Assembly (NCBI GenBank): GCA_963771285.1
Contig: CAVYSX010000016.1
Location: 9,240 to 73,239, forward strand
Length of the DNA: 64,000 bases
DNA from: an uncultured Acidobacteriota bacterium
GTDB lineage: Bacteria; Acidobacteriota; Terriglobia; Terriglobales; Acidobacteriaceae
Direction of reading: 5' to 3'
The position numbers were made by a program, and so were the translations under genes. Shown here piece after piece: positions 18,090 through 27,372 of the stretch. A model generated the notes under the pieces. It saw only the letters and a program-made list of their open reading frames with translations. It did not search any database and was not told where the DNA came from. How positions within the stretch are numbered: position 1 is the stretch's first letter; the number at the start of each line of letters is the position of its first letter.

Positions 18090-18827
18090 TCAAGATGGCA
18101 GGCGGCCGAGCAGCGCCCCAGCCTTACGAAACCACGGCCGCTCCCGGCGGCGCAAGTATCCCGGCATGGTTGGCTTCTTGTCCAAAATTCGCTGTGCCCA
18201 TTCCCGTGCCATGGCATTGCGCTGCTGCGACGCCAGGAAACAAGCATAGTTGTAATAGGTTTCTGACGAGGTCGAGATTTTCGTGACTTCACGGAACAAA
18301 GCATCGGCTTTTTCTGGCTGCCCGGTGTTGGCGTAGGCGTGGGCTAGCAGAGCGGGGGCACGATGAAAGTCGTATTGTGGATCCTGCGACACGACGCGCT
18401 CCAGATCAGGAACTGCTGTGGAAAAATCTGCCATAAATGTCGCGGCCATGCCTCGCCGATAGAACGGGTCGAGCGAGTCCGTGCGGGAAGAGATGGCCTT
18501 GTCATAACACTGCCGCGCCCGCCGGTAGTTTTCTTCCTCCAAATACAGGTCGGCCAATTCCTCGTAGTTTCCCGCGGAAGGATTGTCCAAAATCGCGGCT
18601 TCAAGTTCGTGGATCCGCCGACGCCGGGGAAAGACCTTGAACGACTGGCGGGCGAGACCGGCGTCGGGGATCACTTCTGCGGCAATGTAAATTAAGGCTC
18701 CGAGACCGCCAAAGAAAATAATGATCCATAGCCAATACCCATCCGGACGGCGGCGGATGAAGTGGACAATCGCCACTGCCTGGAGAATCAGTCCCCACGG
18801 AAAAAATAGGAAGATTAAAGATCCCAT
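18090..18827 (-). CDS. membrane-anchored TPR-repeat protein (PLDc_N-like N-terminal TM pair)
   Basis: LIFLFFPWGLILQAVAIVHFIRRRPDGYWLWIIIFFGGLGALIYI, followed by TPR-like repeats (YEELADLYLEEENYRRARQCYDKAI...). Confidence 0.7.
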   Translation of the reverse strand: MGSLIFLFFPWGLILQAVAIVHFIRRRPDGYWLWIIIFFGGLGALIYIAAEVIPDAGLARQSFKVFPRRRRIHELEAAILDNPSAGNYEELADLYLEEENYRRARQCYDKAISSRTDSLDPFYRRGMAATFMADFSTAVPDLERVVSQDPQYDFHRAPALLAHAYANTGQPEKADALFREVTKISTSSETYYNYACFLASQQRNAMAREWAQRILDKKPTMPGYLRRRERPWFRKAGALLGRLPS

Positions 18828-19045
18828 GCGTTTTACCGGACTATAGCATGGGGCAGCTGTGCGGCTGATACACGGGTTTTCCGTCCGCGCAAAAATATTT
18901 GCTTATGACGATTCCAAGCAAAACTTTACAGACACTTTACGCAAGATTCGGCCGACCGAGCGTCTAAGGGTATGAGCATTGTCGAATCGGAGACCTGGCG
19001 GATTGAGTGCTAACGCTGCCTCTGGGTTCATAAGGAGTTCCTGTC

Positions 19046-19513
19046 ATGAAGCAAAAACGAACGATCTTCTATGTAGATGACAATCCGAAATCACGACGAC
19101 TGCTGGCCGCCATCCTGGAGGATTTCGGTTTTGCGGTCATTGCGGCAAGTGGTCCGCTTGAGGCGGTAGAAATAGCCAGGAATATTTCGTTTGATCTCGC
19201 TCTATTGGACTATCAGATGCCCCTAATGTCGGGTGCGCAGCTCGCGGAGGCGATCAAGAACATCGTTCCGGGTGCGCCGGTGGTCATGATTTCCGGCTTT
19301 GCGGCCGTTTCAACAGAAGAACTCGATCACGTCGATGCCTATCACGGCAAGGGCACTACTCTGCAAGAATTACTCGGAACGATTCAGAGGCTGCTCTCTG
19401 CAAATGCCGTGACAGGCGGCCAGGTAGGTCAGCAGACATCGAAGAAACTCGCAAGGGCCAACTGTGGTCGATCTCGACCTAATGGTCGACTCGATGGGCA
19501 GGTGGGCGGATGA
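19046..19513 (+). CDS. response regulator, receiver domain only
   Basis: TIFYVDDNPKSRRLL...FDLALLDYQMPLMSGAQLAEAIK...PVVMISGF: the phospho-acceptor Asp and the T/S and K context. Confidence 0.8.
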   Translation: MKQKRTIFYVDDNPKSRRLLAAILEDFGFAVIAASGPLEAVEIARNISFDLALLDYQMPLMSGAQLAEAIKNIVPGAPVVMISGFAAVSTEELDHVDAYHGKGTTLQELLGTIQRLLSANAVTGGQVGQQTSKKLARANCGRSRPNGRLDGQVGG

Positions 19514-20379
19514 TAGAATCTTATGTGCTGAGACTTCCCATCCGCCTGCTGGCCATTGATATCGACGGTACCCTACTCAACCCCCAATTTCGGATTTCAG
19601 ATGTGGATATGGCGGCATTGCGTCGCGTTCACCAAGAAGGCGTTGAAGTTGTCCTGGCGACTGGACGGCGCCATATGTTTGCGCTCGGCATTGCCCAGCA
19701 ACTTGGGTTCGATCTCTGGCTGATCAGCTCTAATGGTGCCATTACTCGCTCGCTTTCCGGGGAGACCTTTCACCGCGATCTGTTGCCCGCGGAAACCTGC
19801 CGCAAACTGTGCGTCGAGATGCGTGAATTTCGCGGCAACACAGTGTTGACTTTCGATCTCGAAGGCAAGGGGGCGGTGGTGCTGGAGCACATGCGCGACT
19901 TGACCGAGAGCATTCAGCGCTGGCTGGAAAAGAACCTGCAATACATCGACTTTGTTATCCCCCTCGAAAACTCGCTGGAAACGGACCCGGTGCAGGCGAT
20001 GTTTTGCGGCAGGATTGAGCGAATGGTTCAGGTCCGTACCATGTTGAGGGATCGCGGTTTGGAGAAAGACATTACGGTCCTGCGCACGGAATACCCGGGC
20101 CGCGACTTGTCGATTGTGGATGTCCTGAACCAGGGCTGCTCCAAAGGCCATGCGCTGGAGCGATGGGCCAATTATCGCGGCATACCCCGCGAACAGGTCA
20201 TGGCCATTGGTGATAACTACAATGACATCGAAATGCTTGCCTTCGCGGGTCAGCCATTTATCATGGGGAATGCCTCCGAAGAGCTGCTTGGAAAGGGCTG
20301 GACAGTGACCCTGCCCAACGATCAGCACGGAGTGGCTGCAGCAATTGAGCAGGTGCTGGGAGTACGCGTCGGAGTCTAG
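19510..20379 (+). CDS. Cof-type HAD-IIB family hydrolase
   Basis: LLAIDIDGTLLN (motif I), VLATGR (motif II), GDNYNDIEML (motif IV). The ATGA start overlaps the upstream gene. Confidence 0.85.
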   Translation: MIESYVLRLPIRLLAIDIDGTLLNPQFRISDVDMAALRRVHQEGVEVVLATGRRHMFALGIAQQLGFDLWLISSNGAITRSLSGETFHRDLLPAETCRKLCVEMREFRGNTVLTFDLEGKGAVVLEHMRDLTESIQRWLEKNLQYIDFVIPLENSLETDPVQAMFCGRIERMVQVRTMLRDRGLEKDITVLRTEYPGRDLSIVDVLNQGCSKGHALERWANYRGIPREQVMAIGDNYNDIEMLAFAGQPFIMGNASEELLGKGWTVTLPNDQHGVAAAIEQVLGVRVGV

Positions 20380-20418
20380 GACGCCGCAAGGTGACGTTAA
20401 GCCGTCGTTCATTTTTAT

Positions 20419-21162
20419 ATGAAGTTGTCAGCTCAACTCGCTCTTCTCATTAGTTTGCTGGGAACATCGCTGATTGCGCCCGCGGCAGACTTTGCGGTCT
20501 TGCGCAACGGTTTCTCCATTCGTCATGAGCGGCGCGAGGTGGTGGGATCGGTCACTCGTCTCTATCTGGAGGCCGGCAATAACGGGTACGTGGATGTTCC
20601 GACCGATGAGATTGACCGCTTCGACAAAGACCTGTCGACTCCGAAGGTCGGACTAACGCCGCCCAGTCCGCGGGAGATGAAAGAAGTGATCGATACCGTT
20701 AGCAGCCGCCACCACTTGGATCCCGATCTGATCAAGAGTGTGATTCACGCCGAAAGCGGATTTAATCCGAATGCCGTATCGCATAAGGGAGCGCAGGGCT
20801 TAATGCAGTTGATGCCGCAGACTGCGTCGCAATTGGGAGTCGCAAACGCATTCGATCCCGGAGCCAATGTGGAAGGCGGCACACGCTACTTGCGAGAATT
20901 GTTGGAGCGCTACAACTTCGATTTGATTAAAGCGCTTGCCGCTTACAATGCCGGGCCGCAGCGTGTGGACCAATATCATGGCGTGCCCCCGTATTACGAA
21001 ACTCGTGTTTACGTCGCGCGCGTGGTTCGCGACTTCAACCGCAAGAAACTGGCGGAACAGAAAGCCGCGGCCAGAACGAAATCGACTTACGCAAAAGCCC
21101 ATCCCGTCGCGTCGGTAAAGCCAGTCGTATTTCCACAAGGCGCCGAAACAGCTCCTCGTTAG
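20419..21162 (+). CDS. lytic transglycosylase (SLT domain), secreted
   Basis: Signal peptide, then VIHAESGFNPNAVSHKGAQGLMQLMPQTA...ALAAYNAGPQRV. Confidence 0.85.
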   Translation: MKLSAQLALLISLLGTSLIAPAADFAVLRNGFSIRHERREVVGSVTRLYLEAGNNGYVDVPTDEIDRFDKDLSTPKVGLTPPSPREMKEVIDTVSSRHHLDPDLIKSVIHAESGFNPNAVSHKGAQGLMQLMPQTASQLGVANAFDPGANVEGGTRYLRELLERYNFDLIKALAAYNAGPQRVDQYHGVPPYYETRVYVARVVRDFNRKKLAEQKAAARTKSTYAKAHPVASVKPVVFPQGAETAPR

Positions 21163-21277
21163 CCGGTATTCAGGCTCGTCGCGTTGACCCCTACGTGTTG
21201 GTCGTTTACCTTGGCAGCAGGAGAAATTCTTGAAGCAATCATGCAGGCGGAGCCTCGCGATCGGGCGTCCCCGGTAA

Positions 21278-22345
21278 ATGGGAAAGAAACGCAGCTTCGT
21301 TCTCGCACTGGTCGCGGCCATTCTTGTTGTCCTCATCTACATGCAGTTCCGCACCTGGAAGGACTTCGACTGGCCCACGTTCTGGAGCCAGTGGCGACAG
21401 GTCAACCCGCTTTACATTCTGTATGCCATCGGGTTGATCTACATCACTTACTTTTTGCGGGCATTGCGCTGGAAGATCTTCCTGCGTCCGGTGCGCAAAG
21501 GCGCGTCAACACTGGATCTCGTTTCCCCGACTTTCATAGGATTCACGGGTCTGGCATTGCTGGGACGCCCCGGCGAACTGATTCGCCCCTACCTGATTGC
21601 GCGCCGCACCAATCTGACTTTCTCCTCGCAGATGGCGGCGTGGGCGGTGGAGCGCATCTTCGATATCGGCGGTTTCACCGTGCTGATGGTACTTGCCATT
21701 TTTCTTCCCACTGACCTGCGATTCCTGCCGAACCCGGTGATCTATCCCCGGCTTCGAATCGCTGGTTTCTTACTGGTTGCTTTAGTGGCGGGGCTGGCGC
21801 TGGCGGCTGTGGTGGTCGCAAAGTACGGAGAAATAGTGGCGACATGGATCGAGAATCGGTTCGTACACCTCGCGTCCAATCTGGGCCATCGGGTGGCGCG
21901 GAAGCTACGCGAATTTCACGGTGGACTGGACACCATTCACAGTCTGGGGTCATTCCTGCAACTGTCTGGCGTGTCCATCCTGATGTGGCTACTGATTGCG
22001 ATTGCGTATCGCGAAGTCACACACTCGTACGGAGCGGCACTCGACCACATGACAGTGTCGAAAGTCTTGCTTCTCATGGGGTCGAGCATTCTCGGCTCAC
22101 TCATCCAATTACCCGGCGTGGGCGGCGGTTCGCAGTTGGCTACGATCTCAGCGTTACAGCATATTTTCAACGCATCGCACGAACTGGCTGCCAGCTGTGG
22201 GATTTTGCTATGGCTGGTCACGTTTGTCTCGGTAGTTCCGGTCGGCTTGCTGTTGGCTCATCGCGAACGGCTTTCGCTGCGTAAGCTATCCGCGGAGAGT
22301 GAGCACGAAGAAGAGATTGCAGTTCCCTCCTCACCCCCTGGTTGA
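21278..22345 (+). CDS. flippase-like / lysylphosphatidylglycerol-synthase TM-region (UPF0104) membrane protein
   Basis: Polytopic membrane protein: FLRALRWKIFLRPV...GRPGELIRPYLIARR..., typical of this family. Confidence 0.7.
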   Translation: MGKKRSFVLALVAAILVVLIYMQFRTWKDFDWPTFWSQWRQVNPLYILYAIGLIYITYFLRALRWKIFLRPVRKGASTLDLVSPTFIGFTGLALLGRPGELIRPYLIARRTNLTFSSQMAAWAVERIFDIGGFTVLMVLAIFLPTDLRFLPNPVIYPRLRIAGFLLVALVAGLALAAVVVAKYGEIVATWIENRFVHLASNLGHRVARKLREFHGGLDTIHSLGSFLQLSGVSILMWLLIAIAYREVTHSYGAALDHMTVSKVLLLMGSSILGSLIQLPGVGGGSQLATISALQHIFNASHELAASCGILLWLVTFVSVVPVGLLLAHRERLSLRKLSAESEHEEEIAVPSSPPG

Positions 22346-22500
22346 TCAACGCAAATACCCTTCGTATCGGTCTAAAGATTGTCCCAAACGATTTCGTGCC
22401 CCTGAGCCATCGTTCTGGATTCCCCACGTCGGAGGGGAGCGTCGGCAGCCCAGACTCTTCTGCGTAACCTGTTACAATCACAGGTTCATTCCCAAGCGCC

Positions 22501-22992
22501 ATGAAGTGTCCTTTTTGCGGGTTCGCAAATGACAAAGTGGTGGATTCGCGCGAGAGTAAAGAAGCCGACTCCATCCGCCGCCGCCGCGAGTGCCTGAAGT
22601 GTGGCAAGCGCTTCACGACCTATGAGCGCATCGACGAAATTCCCTACATGGTGGTCAAGAAAGATGGCCGTCGGGAAAAATTTGATCGCCAAAAAGTGCT
22701 GAATGGCTTGCTCAGGGCCTGCGAGAAGCGTCCGGTTCCGATTGGCAAGCTCGAGCAGATTGTGAACGAAGCCGAGAGTTTCGTAATCGAGTCGGCGGAG
22801 CGCGAACGCAAAACCAGCGAAGTCGGCGAGTTGATCATGAACCGGCTGAGGCGCTACGACAAAGTTGCGTATGTGCGCTTTGCCTCGGTTTATCTCGACT
22901 TCAAAGATGTGCAAGAGTTCATGACCGAATTGAAAGATTTGCTCAAAACAAAAGAACCAGAAGGGCGCACCAAGGGCGTAGTCAAAGAATAA
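22501..22992 (+). CDS. nrdR: transcriptional repressor NrdR
   Basis: MKCPFCGFANDKVVDSRESKEADSIRRRRECLKCGKRFTTYERI (zinc ribbon), followed by an ATP-cone. Confidence 0.9.
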   Translation: MKCPFCGFANDKVVDSRESKEADSIRRRRECLKCGKRFTTYERIDEIPYMVVKKDGRREKFDRQKVLNGLLRACEKRPVPIGKLEQIVNEAESFVIESAERERKTSEVGELIMNRLRRYDKVAYVRFASVYLDFKDVQEFMTELKDLLKTKEPEGRTKGVVKE

Positions 22993-23038
22993 GAGGCCCT
23001 AATATTGCAGGACAACTGGGCCACGTAGCTTAAATTTT

Positions 23039-24091
23039 ATGTCTTATAAGATCACTCTCATTCCCGGCGACGGCATCGGCCCCGAAGTAACCCAGGCCAC
23101 CGTGCGCATCCTGGAAGCCACGGGCCTGAAGTTCGAGTGGGAAACGTTCATGGCGGGGGCCGAAGCCTTCGAGAAATATCACGAATACATTCCCAAGGAA
23201 CTGACCGAGTCGATCGAGCGCACGCACGTCGGCCTCAAAGGCCCGGTGACAACACCGGTCGGCGGCGGTTTCGCCAGCATCAACGTTGCATTGCGGCAGA
23301 AGTTCGAACTCTATGCCAATTTTCGGCCTATCCGCAATCTGCCTCACATTCCCACCCGCTATCCTGACGTCGATCTTATTATTGTGCGGGAGAACACCGA
23401 GAGCCTGTATTCCGGCATTGAGCATGAAGTCGTTCCCGGCGTGGTGGAGAGCATAAAAATCATCACCGAGAAAGCTTCCACCCGTATTGCTCGCTTTGCT
23501 TTTGAATACGCGCGCAAGAACCATCGCAAAAAGATCCACGCCATTCACAAAGCCAACATCATGAAGCTGTCGGACGGGCTCTTCCTGCGCTGTGCCCGCA
23601 CTGTGGCGAAGGACTATCCCGAAATCACCTACGGCGAGCACATCGTCGACAACACCTGCATGCAACTGGTGATGAATCCTTATCAGTACGACATGCTGGT
23701 CATGGAAAATCTTTACGGAGATATCATTTCCGACTTGTGTGCGGCGTTTGTGGGTGGCTTGGGATTTGTGCCCAGCGCCAATCTCGGCGACCACTGCGCC
23801 ATCTTCGAAGCGGTGCATGGTTCAGCGCCCGACATTGCTGGCAAGAATTTGGCGAACCCGACGGCCCTGCTGCGCTCAGCATTGTTGATGCTGCGTCACA
23901 TCGGCGAACATGATGCGGCGCTGAAGATTCGCAACGGGCTGGAGAAGGTCTACCGTTCTCGTGACAAACTAACGCGCGACGTGGGCGGCAAAGCCGGCAC
24001 ATCCGAGTTCGCGGATTTCGTCATCGAAGCTATGGAGTCCGCGCCCGAAGCGGAATCAACGACACACGCATCGTCTCCGCGAGCTATCTAG
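23039..24091 (+). CDS. icd: isocitrate dehydrogenase, NAD-dependent (IDH3-like) member of the isocitrate/isopropylmalate dehydrogenase family
   Basis: ITLIPGDGIGPEV...LKGPVTTPVGGGFASINVALRQKFELYANFRP...IVRENTESLYSG...NLYGDIISDL...HGSAPDIAGKNLANP. Confidence 0.8.
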   Translation: MSYKITLIPGDGIGPEVTQATVRILEATGLKFEWETFMAGAEAFEKYHEYIPKELTESIERTHVGLKGPVTTPVGGGFASINVALRQKFELYANFRPIRNLPHIPTRYPDVDLIIVRENTESLYSGIEHEVVPGVVESIKIITEKASTRIARFAFEYARKNHRKKIHAIHKANIMKLSDGLFLRCARTVAKDYPEITYGEHIVDNTCMQLVMNPYQYDMLVMENLYGDIISDLCAAFVGGLGFVPSANLGDHCAIFEAVHGSAPDIAGKNLANPTALLRSALLMLRHIGEHDAALKIRNGLEKVYRSRDKLTRDVGGKAGTSEFADFVIEAMESAPEAESTTHASSPRAI

Positions 24092-24119
24092 GCGCATCTT
24101 TTCGCTTAAGGGAGGATCC

Positions 24120-25097
24120 ATGTCACTCCTGTTCCGAAAATTCTTTCTGGTCGCCGCCGCCATCTGCTTAATCCCCCTGCCGACCCGTGCGCAGAATTTC
24201 AAGGTCACACTGCTGGGCACGGGCAACCCGCGTCCGGTGATGTCTCGCTTCGGCCCCAGCATTCTGGTGGAGGCAGGAAAAGAAAAACTAGTCTTCGACT
24301 GCGGCCGTGGCGCTACCCAACGACTGTATCAACTCAAGATTCCCTTCCCCGAAATCACTGGGCTCTTTCTCACGCATCTGCATTCCGACCACACCGTCGG
24401 CATTCCTGACCTGTGGCTCACGGGCTGGGTCATGGGCCGCACTACGCCGCTTCTCGTCTGGGGCCCCGAAGGCACAAAGGCAATGATGCAGCACCTGCAA
24501 GAGGCCTACGCCTTCGATATCCACATCCGCCGCGACGTTGACACAAAGCTGCCGGGCGCAGGAGCGGAAGTAATCGCAAAGGACATCCAAGAGGGCGTCG
24601 TGTACAACAACGGAGGGGTCAAAGTAACAGCCTTCCTGGTGGATCATGCCGAGATCAAACCAGCCTTCGGCTATCGCATCGACTACGACGGCCACTCCGT
24701 CACCTTGTCCGGCGATACTCGCCCATCGGACAACCTGATCAAGTTCGCTCAAGGAACCGACGTTCTGATCCACGAGGTGCTCGACCCGGAAGCCTTCGGG
24801 CCTGCTGCCAGTGCGGATTCGCCTGAGCAAAGAAAGAAAATCATCGAGCACCACACCACGCCTTCGCAAGCCGGCCTTATCTTTACGCAGGTGAAACCCA
24901 AGCTCGCGGTGTATTCCCACATCGTACCGCCCGATGTGCCCGACGTGATTCCACACACCCGAAAAACGTATTCCGGCCCGCTCGAACTCGGCGAAGATTT
25001 GATGAGCATTGAAATTGGGGACACCGTTATGGTACATCGTGCGAACGAAATAGTTACTCTTCAGCTAAAACGCGTTGACTTAACCTTCTTCGATTGA
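24120..25097 (+). CDS. MBL-fold metallo-hydrolase (RNase Z-like), secreted
   Basis: Signal peptide, then LTHLHSDH (HxHxDH) and downstream His/Asp ligands. Confidence 0.8.
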   Translation: MSLLFRKFFLVAAAICLIPLPTRAQNFKVTLLGTGNPRPVMSRFGPSILVEAGKEKLVFDCGRGATQRLYQLKIPFPEITGLFLTHLHSDHTVGIPDLWLTGWVMGRTTPLLVWGPEGTKAMMQHLQEAYAFDIHIRRDVDTKLPGAGAEVIAKDIQEGVVYNNGGVKVTAFLVDHAEIKPAFGYRIDYDGHSVTLSGDTRPSDNLIKFAQGTDVLIHEVLDPEAFGPAASADSPEQRKKIIEHHTTPSQAGLIFTQVKPKLAVYSHIVPPDVPDVIPHTRKTYSGPLELGEDLMSIEIGDTVMVHRANEIVTLQLKRVDLTFFD

Positions 25098-25129
25098 GTA
25101 CCATCCTTTGTTCTCAAGGAATCTGGGGA

Positions 25130-26143
25130 ATGCCAACTACAACACGGCGTGTGGGGGTAGTTCTGTTCCAGCTTGGCGGACCTGACACGCTGGAGGCGAT
25201 CGAACCATTCCTTTTTAATTTGTTTTGCGATCCCGATATCATTGACTTCCCTTTCGCCCGCATCGGCCGTAAGCCTCTTGCCAAACTGATCTCAAGTACA
25301 CGCGCTAGAAAAGTTCAACACCACTACGCAACCATCGGTGGAGGCTCTCCTATACGGCGATTTACCGAGCAGCAGGCACGAGCTTTGCAGGTCAAACTGA
25401 GAAAGTCAGGCATGGACGCGCACTGCTTCGTCGCCATGCGTTACTGGCATCCCTTTACTGCCGAGGCCGTGGAGCAACTGCGTGCAGCGGATTGTGATGA
25501 AGTGGTTCTTCTTCCGCTTTATCCTCATTATTCGAGCACGACTACGGGAAGCAGCCTCAACGAGTGGCAACGGCGCTTTCGAGCAGATGTCCCCGTGCAT
25601 TCGATCGATGAGTTCTATCGCCACGATTTTTATTTGCAGGCGGTCATGGAAAAGATCGAAGAAGCGTTGGCACGTTTTGATCATCCAGAAAATCCAGAAA
25701 TCGTTTTCAGCGCCCACAGTGTCCCGGTCGCAGTGATTGAAAAAGGCGATCCCTATCAGCGCCAAATAGAAGAGACCGTGGAACTGCTCATGGCACGCGG
25801 CGGATGGCCGAATCACTACCGGGTCTGCTATCAAAGCAAAGTCGGCGCGAGCAAATGGCTGCAGCCGTCTCTGCACACAGCATTGCGTGATCTTGCGTCC
25901 GAGAACCGCCTCGAAGTCTGCATCGTCCCCATTTCGTTCGTTTCCGATCACGTGGAGACGCTGGCGGAGATCGATCATGAAGCCCGCGAAGAAGCGGCGC
26001 ATCTCGGCATCCAGCGGTTTGAAATGACCGCGGGCTTGAACGATTCGCCGACATTTATCGCCGCATTGGCGGATTTAGTCGAGACGGCGATCGGTGCCAC
26101 CAGAACCAGAGAGCCCGAGTTGATGGCTGCAGCAGCGGATTGA
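25130..26143 (+). CDS. hemH: ferrochelatase
   Basis: VGVVLFQLGGPDTLEAIEPFLFNLFCDPDII...SAHSVP...YQSKVGASKWLQP...SFVSDHVETL. Start chosen at ATG 25130; the track gives TTG 25094. Confidence 0.85.
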   Translation: MPTTTRRVGVVLFQLGGPDTLEAIEPFLFNLFCDPDIIDFPFARIGRKPLAKLISSTRARKVQHHYATIGGGSPIRRFTEQQARALQVKLRKSGMDAHCFVAMRYWHPFTAEAVEQLRAADCDEVVLLPLYPHYSSTTTGSSLNEWQRRFRADVPVHSIDEFYRHDFYLQAVMEKIEEALARFDHPENPEIVFSAHSVPVAVIEKGDPYQRQIEETVELLMARGGWPNHYRVCYQSKVGASKWLQPSLHTALRDLASENRLEVCIVPISFVSDHVETLAEIDHEAREEAAHLGIQRFEMTAGLNDSPTFIAALADLVETAIGATRTREPELMAAAAD

Positions 26144-26201
26144 AAGTGAGAGAATTAGAATATTGCGTTCGGCGAAGCTAAAGAAGAAGGGGTGAGGACG
26201 G

Positions 26202-27296
26202 ATGGCAGAAGGCATTCTGGGACACCTTCCACCGTGGCCGAGGAAGGCGCTGAATAATTCGGTCATCGGAATGGAGCAGGCTTATCGCCAGCGCAAAGGT
26301 CTGCCCTTGCTCAGTGACGCGGATATCGAAGCGCTGAAGGCCGGTCAGCCGATGTCTTGGGAGAGCGGCGATGGCGCGCCTGCCCCGCCGCCCGCAGCCC
26401 CCGTGGCCGCTGCACCTGCTGCCGTAACCGCTGCGCCGGTTGCCGTCAGTGGTGGTGCTATTTCAGAAGAAGTCGCTAAGTGGGTCGCCGAAGGCCGAAA
26501 GTGGAGCAAGTCCACCATCGCTGCCGAACAAGCGCGACGCGGCCGCAAAGGTTTGCCTGCGCTGAACAATGCAGAAATGTCCGCCCTGCTCGGCGAGGAA
26601 GTTGCAGCAACGCCGGCCGCAGTTGCCCCGGCTGCAACTTCAGCTTCCGCTGCTCCGTCTGCTCCCAGACCTGCGGCGCCAGCTCCCGTAGTTGCATCCG
26701 CAACCGCCACAGTGTCCCGCGGGGCTGAATCCAGCAGATATGTCGGCACACCTGCCGTCGGAACTTCGCGAGCAGCTGCTGCCGGCGGAGTCGCATCCAT
26801 CGGCCCGGAAGACAGCGAAGTCAATCAACAGCGGCGACGCCTGGTGTGGTGCACCGTGGCCGCGTTTCTGACGGCGTGGTTCCTGGCGTTTTTCCGATTC
26901 TTTCTGCCACGCACTTTGTTCGAGCCCGCAACCAGTTTTAAGATTGGCTATCCCGAAGAATACGGCCTGGGCGTCGACACAAAGTTTCAACAGAAATATC
27001 GCATCTGGGTAGATCGCACGCCCGACCGCATTTTCGTAATCTATGCGCGCTGCACGCACCTGGGATGCACGCCCGATTGGAAGCCCAGCGAGAACAAATT
27101 CAAGTGTCCATGCCACGGCAGCGGGTACGACAGCGAAGGTGTGAACTTCGAAGGCCCCGCGCCGCGCCCCATGGATCGTGCACACGTAGAAGTCGCACCC
27201 GATGGCCAGATTCTGGTAGACGTCTCGAAACTGTATCAGTGGCCTAAAGGCCAGCCGACCCAGTTCAACGACGATGGAGCATTCCTGCGCGCCTAG
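26202..27296 (+). CDS. Rieske [2Fe-2S] subunit with ~215-aa Ala/Pro-rich N-terminal extension
   Basis: CTHLGCTPDW...CPCHGSGY cluster-binding boxes. A TM/Tat-like anchor QQRRRLVWCTVAAFLTAWFLAFF precedes them. The extension has two copies of an RKGLPxLxxAExxAL motif. Confidence 0.85.
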   Translation: MAEGILGHLPPWPRKALNNSVIGMEQAYRQRKGLPLLSDADIEALKAGQPMSWESGDGAPAPPPAAPVAAAPAAVTAAPVAVSGGAISEEVAKWVAEGRKWSKSTIAAEQARRGRKGLPALNNAEMSALLGEEVAATPAAVAPAATSASAAPSAPRPAAPAPVVASATATVSRGAESSRYVGTPAVGTSRAAAAGGVASIGPEDSEVNQQRRRLVWCTVAAFLTAWFLAFFRFFLPRTLFEPATSFKIGYPEEYGLGVDTKFQQKYRIWVDRTPDRIFVIYARCTHLGCTPDWKPSENKFKCPCHGSGYDSEGVNFEGPAPRPMDRAHVEVAPDGQILVDVSKLYQWPKGQPTQFNDDGAFLRA

Positions 27297-27372
27297 AACA
27301 ACTAGAGACAGGTCTCAGCCCTGTCCATCGAGCGAAGCGAGAAAGTTTGTACGAAGTTAAATAGAGGAACCA

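Noticed and set aside
19597-20412. 271-aa minus-strand ORF opposite the Cof-type HAD gene. Similar shadow ORFs occur at 23030-23818, 24288-25037, 32899-33693, 35057-35893 and 53309-54208.
   Set aside because: Each is antisense to a gene with clear family motifs, and each has a low-complexity, Arg/His-rich composition.
26345-26824. Overlapping ORFs on both strands within the Ala/Pro-rich part of the Rieske gene
   Set aside because: They are products of GC-rich low-complexity sequence. The sense frame is continuous with the Rieske domain and contains the duplicated RKGLP motif.
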